Assembly (NCBI GenBank): GCA_964016885.1
Contig: OZ024743.1
Location: forward strand, 363,010,001 to 363,074,000
From: Eledone cirrhosa
Taxonomy: Eukaryota
Reading direction: 5' to 3'
Length of the DNA stretch: 64,000 nt
Shown here: piece after piece, positions 52,618-64,000 of the stretch
Numbering within the stretch: position 1 is the first letter of the stretch
Layout: the number at the start of each line of letters is the position of its first letter
The notes under the pieces: model-generated
What the model was told of the DNA's origin: nothing
Seen by the model: the letters and a program-made list of their open reading frames with translations, nothing else
Databases searched by the model: none
Program-made: the position numbers and the translations under genes

Positions 52618-55600
52618 CAAGTACACTTGGACCCAGAGGGTAGACTGGTAGTCCTAGACGTGAACAGTGTTGGAGGGGGAGCCTTCAGACTGGTGGCCGT
52701 TTATGCCCCGACTGGGCAATCGCGGCCAGGCTTCTTTAAGCGTCTAGGAGCTTTTTCTGGGAACGTCTCGCTCCTTGCTTTTAGTGGTGGACTGGAATGG
52801 TATCCTAGACGCACGATGGGACTATGTAGGATCATGTCCCAGTAGAGGAGAGTGCAACAACCTCAAAAATTTAATCGGCCAATTCCAACTGGCCGATAGG
52901 TATCGACTGGATTTCTCGACTGCACCATAGTGGACGTGGAAAACCGCAGCGGGACATCTAGATCGTTTTTGTTAAGCTGTCCACGAATGCACATGGTTAC
53001 CTATTCAGACCACAAACTAGTCATCTGCATAGCCAACCGTGATAGAATACATAGACAAGGACCCGGATACTGGAAACTGAACGTGTCGCTACCGACACGT
53101 AAAGCCTACAGTGAACGGATAAGTAGATTAGTTAAGCAACAATTGACGGGAGCCATCGTCAACAATAGATGGTGGTACTTCCTCAAGAAAGCAATTAGAG
53201 TAGAGTCGATAGACTTTAGCAGAGAGTTAGCCTTAGAGAAAAACGAAACAGAAACGCACTGGACCACTTCTTCGACGCGAAACAAAAGTAGCAATAAGTC
53301 CACGATTCGGTCTGCTTGATCCCAAGCGGGTGTGCGCGGCCTTTGAACGGCACTTTGCGCAACTGTTCAAGCAGAGTGGCGGTGCGTCGAACGGGGTAAT
53401 GGACTTAGGTTCATACCTCGACGGCCTGCCGCGTCTCTCGAGCATGGACGCCGATTTCTGCGAAAGACCGATCACAGCCATTAGATACGGGACGTTCTGG
53501 GCTGCTGCGGGAAATGCAAATCACTCGGACTAGATGGTCTACCCTATGAGATTTACATAGGCATGCCGGACTTGTTCTCTGGCGTCCTCGAAGCCATCTA
53601 CTGCAACTGGCAGCAGAACGGGAGAATTCCCAGTTCTGCAGGCAGGGGCGTAGTAACGCTGATCAGGAACGAGGGGGGCGAACAGGGAGGAGGGGGGGGG
53701 GGGGGGGGGCGAAATAAGCAACTTCAGGCTCATAACTCTGCTTAACTCAGAGTTAAAGATTTGGCCAAGGTGTTGGCAACGAGGCTGGCCCTTGTCGTCG
53801 AGAACCTGGTAGGGAAAGCGCAAATGTGTGCAATCCCGACCAGGTCCATACACGACAACCTCCACCTCATGCAATACATCATAGAGAGGGTGGGGCGTAA
53901 ACCCGGCTTCGGTGGGGCTCTGATCTATTTAGATCAGTCTAAGGCGTTCGATAGGGTCGACCATCGATACTTGGAAGCGGTTCTCAAAGCGAGCGGTTTC
54001 AGACTCGTCATCAGAGGCTGGATCGACGCAATGTACACCAACATCTGCTCGATGGTCAAGGTCAACGGCTACCTATCGGAGCCGTTCGCAATCACGCGTT
54101 CCATCCGACAGGGATGCCCTTTCTCCTCCATTCTCTAAGTACTGACTCTAGAGCCACTACTGCGGTAGTTGGAGCTGCTGCAGGGCATGTGTTGGAACCG
54201 GAAATGTGGAAAGCGGCGTCAGCTTATGCCGACGGCGTGACAGTAATGGTGTCGGAAAGCTCGGAAATCGGGGCGATCGGCAACTTACTGCAGGAATACG
54301 AAAGGCTCACAGGAGCAAAACGGAACCCGGACATCTGACAGCGAGAAAAAAGACCGATGCCATCTGACAGCGAGAAAAACTGGAACGAGGTCACGGCCAA
54401 GGTATTTGCGCTCACCTAGAAGTGGGCAGAGTGCAAACTATCCTTGAAAGGTCGAGCGGAGGTGGCGAACACTTTCATAGCGTCCGTCATCTACTTCTTT
54501 TTGACCGTCCTGCCTTGTCCCCGTGAACACCTCACCAAGATGCTTTGGAAGAAGCAGGCTCCACTAGTGAGGAGATCCGTCTGCTGTCAGCACCCTTCCA
54601 ACGGAGGGCTGAGGATGCCGTGGCTGATGATGCGCAAGCATGCGCTGATACTACGGCATCTACAGGTATTCCTCACTGACCCCCAACCGGTGGGGCTCCG
54701 TTTGTGAGACAGGCCTTCCAGCAACTTGTCTCGCTAACGGAGCTGCAGTCCTGGGTCAGGCGGAGACCGAAAACGATGGGCGCCTGGCACATTGAATGCG
54801 CTCAGGCGCTCACTGTCCTCTGTCAAGCGGGCACGGAAATCAGTGGAGACTCCACTTCGACATTCTATAGAGAGAGTGTACGTTACAAGGGCGACGACGT
54901 GCTCGGAGAAACTCTGGGCGTCGAAGACGATGAGCTCACCAGTCTGTTTGGTAGGACTTTCCGCCAGGGACCTATGGACAACTTCCAAAGGTCTGGCAGT
55001 TTTACAGAGGAGCTCTACCATTCGTGACAAGATCTACAGGCACGGACGCCCGGCAGGGATCCTTCCAAGATGACGTGTCCAAGATGCGCACAGGACATTG
55101 AAACCGTCCAGCACGCAATTGTACACTTCCCGGGAGTAACCGACCTGTGGAACTATGCAGAACAACTGCTGACGCGTATGGGACAAATCCAGTTGACTGC
55201 CGAGTCCATAGTAAGGATCAAACCACCAACTTCTTTCAAAAACGAAAGAGAGGCGGTTTTCCCCTGTAGAGTGGCTACGGTGGACGAGATTGAGAGGACT
55301 GGGGACAGATGCCTTTCTCTCCGGACAACAACTCATTCCCTTCTTTAGGTACCACTTTAGAAGGAGAATCAGAGTGGAGAGAGAGACACTGCACCCCAGT
55401 AAATTTACTGAAAGGTGGGTGAATGTAGCAAAAATGGCCCGAGTGATTGGACCTTCTCTAGATATAAACCTGTAGGTTGAAGAAGAGAGCAAAAGGAAGA
55501 AAGGAGCACCTGCACAACACGCTCCTGAAGTTGAGGGTTGTTCTATCTACGGGGTATTAAACAACCCATTTGTGGCGCCTCCTCCCTATTGGGGATTTCG

Positions 55601-55708
55601 ATTGTTATATTTTTTTGTTCCATATTTTTACCCGATTGTATGTAAAATTCCCGGCTTGCGTCTTTGTTTTGTCCCCTTTTCGTGTGGGCTCTTTTGGCTA
55701 ATGAAGGA

Positions 55709-55790
<82 letters not shown>
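52618..55790 (+). mobile_element. 5'-truncated decayed L1/Tx1-type LINE (same family as 7029-11190) with (TCTA)n tail
   Basis: [44 protein letters not shown]-terminal CPRC..ETVQHAI. Confidence 0.92.
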
Positions 55791-55791
55791 T

Positions 55792-56075
55792 CCTGTAGGT
55801 AAAGAAGTAAAGGAGAGGGGAGCACGTTCTCCATGTGCTCCCCGGGCAAAGGATTGCACACTTTTTCGGGGGTGTGTGCAACCCCCATCACGTCCCCTCC
55901 CTTTTGAGGTTATTTTCGATTATTTTCATGTTACACCCTTTTTACTCGATTATATGTAAACTCCCCCTTTGTATTTGTCCCTTCTTTTTATGCCTTTATG
56001 GTAAATAAGGAAATCTATCTATCTATCTATCTATTTATCTATATATCTACCTATCTATCTGTCTCTCTATCCATC
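55792..56075 (+). mobile_element. Second, diverged copy of the same LINE 3' UTR with its own (TCTA)n tail
   Basis: cctgtaggt.aagaag...ggagcac...cgatt.tatgtaaa.tccc...aagga then (tcta)n, paralleling 55469-55790. Confidence 0.7.
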
Positions 56076-56504
56076 TATATGCAGATGTATGTTTTTGTTT
56101 ACATCGCTCTAAAAAACGGTGCTGTTTATGTTCTGTTTCTTTATATTTGTCAGTTTAACATAGAAAGATCTATAAAATAAGTGCAAGCTGAAATAACTAT
56201 TGTCGGCTATTGATTGACTAAAACCTTTGATGTTACCCCAGCATGGCCACAGTCCAATAACTGAAACTATTAAATCAATAAAAGATTATCAAAACTTGCG
56301 ATCTTCAAATTAGTCAAGCATTGTCATATCCAAGGGACATAACCCAGTTCAAATATAAAATATTTTTGTAATGCAAGGGAAAAAACTCTTTTAGACATTT
56401 TTTTAAATTGCACACACACAAACGCATACGTAATGAAGGTGCGATTGTGAGTGTTGTATTGTTAGTGTTGGTGGGGGAAATAATGTGTGTGTATCTATAT
56501 ATGT

Positions 56505-57120
56505 CATCAACAGTAGATATGACGTCATCATCACTACGATACTGGTTCCCAGCCAAGCGTTTTTTTCATGTTGGGGAACACACGATAGATAAGGCCAAAT
56601 TAGGAAAATAGGGAGGGTGGTCAACTAGTTCAAAGCCACAGTCACGTACAGCACCCGTTGAAACCAAGGACGTGAGTGTTGGAACATCGTCTTGATGAAA
56701 CAAGGCCCCTTTCATCAGTTTTCCGGGGCGTTTTGTCTCCCTTGCATTTCGCAACTTCCCCAGCAAGTTGGCATAGTACTCCCCATTGATGATGTGGCTC
56801 TTTTGCATCCTCAAAAACTGAAGCCATCACCTTTCCTACAGATGAAGCGACCTTAGCATTCTTTGGAGCAGGTGAGGATGGGTGTTTCCATTGCATAGAT
56901 TGTCCCTTTGTTTCTGGCTCAAAGTGATGAACCCAAAACACTTCCTGGTTAGGAAGCGTTCAAGGAAACTAGCTGGATCTGCCTGAAATTTTGTAAGATT
57001 TTCCCGTGGTCTGATCAATCTGGTACGCTTTTGATCAGGTGTCAGATGACGTGGCAACCACCGAGCAGAAACCTTCGTCATGCCAAGTTCCTTGTGCAGA
57101 ATATTCTCAACTCACTCATT
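56505..57120 (-). pseudogene. Mariner (DD34D) transposase fragment
   Basis: KVSARWLPRHLT (WVPH-like), EPETKGQSMQWKH, KVMASVF, FHQDD, HPPYFPNLA (YSPDL-like). Confidence 0.9.
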
Positions 57121-57135
57121 GGTGAACGGGGTCAA

Positions 57136-57274
57136 GTATTTTTTTCCCCCTGGTAAAATGGTGTACATTATTCGATTTTTTCAGTAAAATCGGTTCTCTT
57201 AATAGAACATCAAAAATCTTAACAATAAAAGGTGTGAAATGATATTCACTATATATATATACACATACATATAT

Positions 57275-57322
<48 letters not shown>

Positions 57323-57488
57323 TACACATATATATGCACATATATTTTTTTGTGTTGCACCATAGAGCATGTGTGTTTACGTATGTCATTGTGTTTATAT
57401 GTGGGTAGAGATGTGTGCTGATGTAGGTATGTAACCATCGCTGCTAACCATTATCACAACATCGAACACCTTACTACTACTACTACTA

Positions 57489-57524
<36 letters not shown>

Positions 57525-60500
57525 TTGTTGTGAAAGAGTCATTTCTCAATCTTGGCGCAAAACCAATTTTTTATTCACATGACCTCTACCGACCAATCAA
57601 AATTGTTTTGACCACAATAATTTTTTCTGGAGCCACTTTTTTAACATAAAAACAGTCTTGGCGCAAAATCAATTTTTTACATTCACATGACCTCTACCGA
57701 CCAATCAAAATTGTTTTGACCACAAGAATTTTTGCAAATTGGAGCCACTTTTTTAACATAAAAACAGGTAGAATTCCCAAAACTAATCAGATCAGAGCAA
57801 ACAGCACGGACACTCTATCTCAAAATTATTTTTGAAAAGCATTTAGAAATGCGCAACCGGTAAAAACTTAAAAACTTAAAACCACAACTGAATACTAACC
57901 CATACAATCACTAATACTCTTTTATTCCTAATTAAACCATTTTTCAACTGTGAACAATTTGTCAGCATTTTCTATTCCGTTTACCAATATATAATAACTT
58001 GTGTGTTACACCTCTATTCTTTTAACTATCATATCCTCACACGAGATACAGAAAATGCCAACAAAAACGGATACAATCCTCATCAACTCAAATGAAGAGA
58101 TCCTACAGGAACTCAAGAAAATCAACACCAACCTATCTTTGCTGGTCGACAAACTTGACTCCAAAAATAAGGAAACCGCCACCGGATACAAACCCTCCGA
58201 AATCGGCGACAAACTCCAAAACATTTGCGATACTATCCAAACTATGTTCACTACTATCAACCCAGGAAAAACCAACGAAGAACCATGTGAGATTGATTCA
58301 CACAAAATGAAAATTCGAACAATTCCAAAATGGAACAAATCCCTCAGAGACAGAAAGTTCTCATTCTGGAAGATGATACAAAATCACAACAAAGCAGAGA
58401 TATATGAAAAATGGCTTAACTCAACCCCTCTAACTCTCCCCCGTAAACTACAAATAAAGTCCATTCCAAATGAACCCGAACCTCAAAGACACCTTAGGGA
58501 AAGAATGGCATTGGAAAAAATGAAGACAGAAATTGAACTTCTTAAACTGAGGGCCCAGACAAATGAGGAAAAAATCAAAACCATCGATGAAGAGATCCTC
58601 CTGGAAATCAACAACAAAACTGAAGGCCCCCAAGGTAGAGAAGATCTCCAAATTATGGAAAGGGGACTGCAACAGAGAAGAACTGAAATCCCTTCAACGC
58701 TGGGAAAAAAGTGCCGCTTGGTTCCTACACTATGAATCGACTTTTCAAACGGATTACACCTCCAATAACCCGTTCATAAAAATAGGAAAACCCATAACCC
58801 AACCGCACAACAACTTCTCAAACCCCCAAGCCTCTAACAAACGAAGAAGGAAGCACCACACCGAAGATGAACTTCCCAACCTCGCTACCATAAGAAGGAA
58901 CAAAAACCCAAGAAATCATCTCCCCCAGAATGACATTTACAACTTTCCCCCTTCAAGGAGACACCATACCAAATCACTCAACTACTACGCGGATGCCTCA
59001 TCGTCAAACATAGAGAAAAGATACCACCGCCATGATAGATGCAACAACTTCCCCGCTTCGAGGGGACAGCAAGGTAATTACCATTCTCTCAACTCTCACT
59101 TCCACAATACACAACAAACCCACATCACACGATACAACCAACAACGTAGGCCACTTATAACACCACAATACAACATGGCACATAGAAACACACACCCATA
59201 CTCGCAGTACAGGAACACCCCATTCAATCTACAACCACCAACCCGAACCACATTTTACAACAACAAGGAATATAACAAACACAGGAGACCACTTAACATC
59301 AGCAGACAACCCCTCTACCCCAACCAATTTTTAGACACAGCACACAGATACAGGCAAACAAAATAACACAAGACAGGGAGGAGAAAACGATAGTAATAAA
59401 AATTATCAATCTTACTAGTGCAGAACCAACACCCAACCTTATCAACTTACTCTCCAAAGGTCTTAAATTCACACCGACCCCACTACGTCCTAACTACTAT
59501 GAAATGAAGGAAGACATCACAGACTTCTGTAGAAAGTTACGACTTAGTGAACAACTATTCGACCAGTACAATGAGGATGAATCATTAGCCAGAAATAGAA
59601 GCAATTACACCCCTTCAAAAGGTAGAAATAAAATCCTGGACGAATTCTGTGAACACATCACAAACTTCCCTTACCAACACTTGCACAGACAAAAACACAA
59701 GCCAAACCTCAACAAGAAAGAATGGGAAGAATTAAATAGATTAAAAACCGACAGAGCCATTACAATTAAAGAGGCTGATAAAGGGAGTACAGTAGTCCTA
59801 ATGGAGACAGAATTCTATATCAACTTAGCGCTCTCCACTTTGGAAAACGAAACATACTACGAAAAGGCTGAACACTACAATCAACAGAAAATTATGAGAA
59901 ACCTAAAAACTCTAATCAACCAATACAAAGAAGGACTCACTAACAAGGAATTCAGCTTCATCACAGACTTCACAAGTAAATCCAGCCTTTTCTACGGTAT
60001 CCCTAAAGTACATAAAAGCGAATCAATAAGTAAGGCATGCAAGGAAGCCACAGACATAGTCATCAATGTCCCCTCACCCAATGATCTCAAATTAAGACCT
60101 ATAATAGCAGGCCCCGCTTGCGAAACGCACCGTCTTAGCAACTTCATTGATACCCTTCTCAAACCCTTCCTCAAGCACATCAAAAGCTATATAAGGGACG
60201 ACCTAGATATGCTCAATCACCTCCCTAATATGCCACTTTCTGAACAAACCCTACTAGTGACGTTCGATGTAGTCAACCTATACTCCAACATCCCCACAAC
60301 CTAGGAATAGAAGCTATCCAATTCTGGCTGGATAATTTCCACAATGAACTCCCACAACGCATCAAAAAAGAATTCGTGATAGAGGGACTCAAATTTATCT
60401 TGGAGAACAATTACTTCGTTTTCAATAACAAACCCTACAGGCAGAAATCTGGGACCGCTATGGGAACGAAAACAGCCCCCACTTATGCCAACCTAGTCAT

Positions 60501-62152
60501 GGGATACCTGGAAATCACCCTCTACACTAAAGTCCTAAACAAATTTGGAAACACCCTCCACTTACACATTGAAAGGAACTGGAAGTGATATCTAGATGAC
60601 TGCTTCATCCTTTGGCACGAAAACATCGAAAAACTTAAAGAATTTCACACCCTTATAAATGGGCTCAACACAAATATTAACTTCACGATGGAATACAGCC
60701 ATCAACAACTCCCCTTCCTCGACATCCTCATTAAGATCCATAACAAAAAAATAGAAACAGACATATACTACAAGCCCACAGACTCCAAGCAATATCTCCC
60801 CTTCAACTCTTGCCACCCTAGACACGTTAAAATTAATATTCCCTACAACTTAGCCAAGAGAATCTGTACTATAGTCTCCAATAAAAACATCTGCTACTTA
60901 CGGCTACAAGAACTAAAGGACACACTCATAGGCAGGGACTACCCTGCATCACTAATTGACAATGGAATCCAACGTGCCCTAAAACTCAGTACCCAGGACC
61001 TTAGACACCCTAAAGTAAATCAACCAAAACTAAAAGCTCTTCCATACATCTCCACACACAACCCCCTCAACAATGAGGCCTTTGACACCATCCTCCAGAA
61101 CATCCCTGTATTGAAAAAGGACCATAGAATGAACCAAATTCTACGAACACACCATATCATAAAGAGCAAAAGACAATCCAAGTCAATGAAAAACATCTTA
61201 ACACATGCCAAAGTACTGCCAACCACAACAACGAAACCCACAGTAAAAAAATGCGATAGACCCAACTGTGGCATTTGCATCAACCTAATAGAGGATTCGG
61301 AATTCTATTTCAAAGATGGACAACGTTTTATAGTAAAACACAATTTCACATGTGCATCGGAAAATCTAATATATGTATTAAGTTGTTCAGGTTGTCAAGA
61401 ACAATACATAGGCCAGACCAAAAACAGCCTCCGCCAACGCATGACTGTCCATAGATCCCAAATCAAAATACGGGAATACAGGAAAATACCACTGAGTGAA
61501 CACATTGATACCTGTGCCGCCCAAAATCATCCCAACTTCAGAATCTTTCCCCTCTACAAATTTAAAGATAATGCCACCCACACCCAGCGCATCAGCAAGG
61601 AAACTTACTTCATTAACAAATACGGACCCCGTCTAAACACTTCTCCCTAAGACGAACCCCCAACATACACACGTCAACATACATACCTACATCAGCACAC
61701 ATCTCTACCCACATATAAACACAATGACATACGTAAACACACATGCTCTATGGTGCAACACAAAAAAATATATGTGCATATATATGTGTATATATGTATA
61801 TATATATATATATATAGTGAATATATGTATGTGTATATATATATAGTGAATATCATTTCACACCTTTTATTGTTAAGATTTTTGATGTTCTATTAAGAGA
61901 ACCGATTTTACTGAAAAAATCGAATAACGTACACCATTTTACCAGGGGAAAAAAATACTGGTCCACCCACACACACACACACACATATATACACACACAC
62001 ATACACACGCGTACATCAACATACAAAGAGACTTATATATACACACACACACACACACGCACTTCTCCGTATAAGACAAAAGCTGAAAAATATCTTTTGA
62101 CATGCTTCAGACACATTCTTACTGACCATCCCTGCCACCACGAATTACTCTG

Positions 62153-62218
<66 letters not shown>

Positions 62219-62306
62219 ACACACACACACACTTATCTTAATAGCCATTTGACACACATCGCTGCTAACCATTATCACAACATCGAACACCTTACTACTA
62301 CTACTA

Positions 62307-62348
<42 letters not shown>

Positions 62349-62807
62349 TTGTTGTGAAAGAGTCATTTCTCAATCTTGGCGCAAAATCAATTTTTTATTC
62401 ACATGACCTCTACCGACCAATCAAAATTGTTTTGACCACAATAATTTTTTCTGGAGCCACTTTTTTAACATAAAAACAGTCTTGGCGCAAAATCAATTTT
62501 TTACATTCACATGACCTCTACCGACCAATCAAAATTGTTTTGACCACAAGAATTTTTGCAAATTGGAGCCACTTTTTTAACATAAAAACAGGTAGAATTC
62601 CCAAAACTAATCAGATCAGAGCAAACACCACGGACACTCTATCTCAAAATTATTTTTGAAAAGCATTTAGAAATGCGCAACCGGTAAAAACTTAAAAACT
62701 TAAAACCACAACTGAATACTAACCCATACAATCACTAATACTCTTTTATTCCTAATTAAACCATTTTTCAACTGTGAACAATTTGTCAGCATTTTCTATT
62801 CCGTTTA

Positions 62808-62813
<6 letters not shown>
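57136..62813 (+). mobile_element. Near full-length Neptune-like Penelope element with inverted + direct pLTRs
   Basis: 57136-57433 is the RC of ~61680-61959, and 57436-57992 equals 62257-62813. (TA)n at the 3' end; ~108-bp dimer inside the pLTR. Confidence 0.93.
58001..61650 (+). pseudogene. Neptune-like PLE polyprotein (long N-terminus, RT, Cys linker, GIY-YIG) with a few frameshifts and stops
   Basis: LLSKGLKFTPTP, IKEADKG, YGIPKVHK, LRPII, FDVVNLYSNIP, GTAMG, WK*YLDD, FLD, CDRPNCGIC, NLIY...YIGQT...RMTVHR, terminal LN. Confidence 0.93.
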
Positions 62814-62889
<76 letters not shown>

Positions 62890-62891
<2 letters not shown>

Positions 62892-64000
62892 AGAGTATTG
62901 AAGTTTGCTTGAAGCATTGTGGAACAATAAGTAAATATCTTTAATCGTTTGGAAGCCACGACAATGCAAATGGGTAAATCTCCGGGTAACAAGGTCCGGT
63001 GGTGGAGAGAGAGATGTAAGTGGGTGTACGTTGAGATGCGTGGTGTGTATAAGATGTGTGAGACGTGTAGAATGAAGGGAAGAGTATAAAGGATAAAATA
63101 AAAATAACAACACAAGAGAGAGTTACCTTGGGAGAGATTTAATAGTCCCTATATATTTCGGATTCACATCCATCAACTGGGGTTTTTTTCCGGGGTGGAG
63201 GAAAAGGTTGTCTGTCGGACAACTCCGGAACGCGTCCTTCGCTGTATGTTGTTTTGAATATCTGAGGTATTCGGCAGAGCGCGCGTGCGCGTGAAATGGG
63301 GTCGGTCGTACAGAGGTCAGCGGCCGAATGAGGGAGTGGGATGGCGCTAGCTGTCAGTCCATTCTCTGCCTGTTTTTTAAATGTTACTGTGTGTGTGTGT
63401 GTGTGCGTGTGTTGTGGTCTCGCTTGAGTGTGTGTGTGTGTGTGTGCGTGTGTTGTTGCCTTGTTCCTCTGTATTGGCAGTGTAGTATGTTCGTATGGTG
63501 GAATGCTACTGTGTGTGTGTGCGTGTGTGTATGTAGTTGTCACGTTTGCGTGTGTGTGTGTGTGTGCGTGTGTTGTGTGTTGTTGCATCGCTTGTTAACT
63601 TAAACCAGCCATCTCATTTCGCTTCTCTCTGATCGGTTGTTTATTTGCGGTTGCAGTCGTTTGATAAAAAGCGCTTCCTTGATACGTAACGTGCCGACGT
63701 TTCTTTCAGTCGCTAGAATTGTGACAATGGTCCTTCCGTCTTTGTTTCCGCATTTGTCTATGTGTTTCCGGAAAGAAGAGGCCCTAGTTTTAATGTGTTC
63801 CTTGATCCGGATGTGCAAAGGTCGAATTGTGCTACCTATGTAGTATTGGTTACACCTGTCACATTCTATCTTATACACGACGTATGTGCGTAGGCAACAG
63901 TTCGCATGGCGTATCGGGCAGTCTCTGAGGGAGCATGCGTCAGTAGATTTTTCGGGTTTCCTGGAGAGGCATCTTCGGAGGGAGGGGCCCGAGTGGGCCA
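62890..64000 (-). mobile_element. 3' end of another Penelope-like element (GIY-YIG, ORF 63600-63878), continuing beyond the window
   Basis: YKIECDRCNQYYIGSTIRPLHIRIKEH...KEALFIKRLQPQIN; 3' UTR ends in (TA)n. Confidence 0.9.

Noticed and set aside
60586-60588. In-frame TGA in the PLE RT as possible selenocysteine (as in Naiad selenoproteins)
   Set aside because: It replaces the Arg of WKRYLDD, not a Cys, in a copy that has other frameshifts. It is an ordinary nonsense mutation.
63262-63330. ctgaggta...gcg..gaaatg motif shared with the RC of 4631-4662
   Set aside because: The match is short, the orientation relative to the elements appears opposite, and no canonical ribozyme folds. It is probably coincidence.

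Overview
This is an AT-rich, microsatellite-saturated animal genomic window. The SINE sequences and (TA)n/(CA)n/(TACA)n density suggest a cephalopod such as Octopus (inference). I found no host protein-coding gene; nearly everything is transposon-derived. Contents: a decayed autonomous Helitron (Rep + PIF1 helicase, hairpin/CTAG 3' end) and non-autonomous Helitrons; two decayed L1/Tx1-type LINEs; RTE fragments; a mariner fragment; a MITE; about 15 tRNA-derived SINEs; and many Penelope-like elements (PLEs), including one intact 737-aa RT+GIY-YIG ORF with inverted pseudo-LTRs and a near-full Neptune-like copy. The signal the ORF track misses is RNA structure. By eye I can fold about 24 minimal type-I hammerhead ribozyme (HHR) cores, several degenerate, plus several half-cores, from many distinct families. 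These include a non-coding ~460-bp tandem monomer with one HHR per unit (retrozyme-like, predicted circular RNA), repeated U3-A8 compensatory core variants, HHRs with ~85-95-nt stem II inserts, and (TA)n-flanked fold-back hairpins whose turning points sit at or inside the ribozyme. All folds were done by hand and none is experimentally tested.
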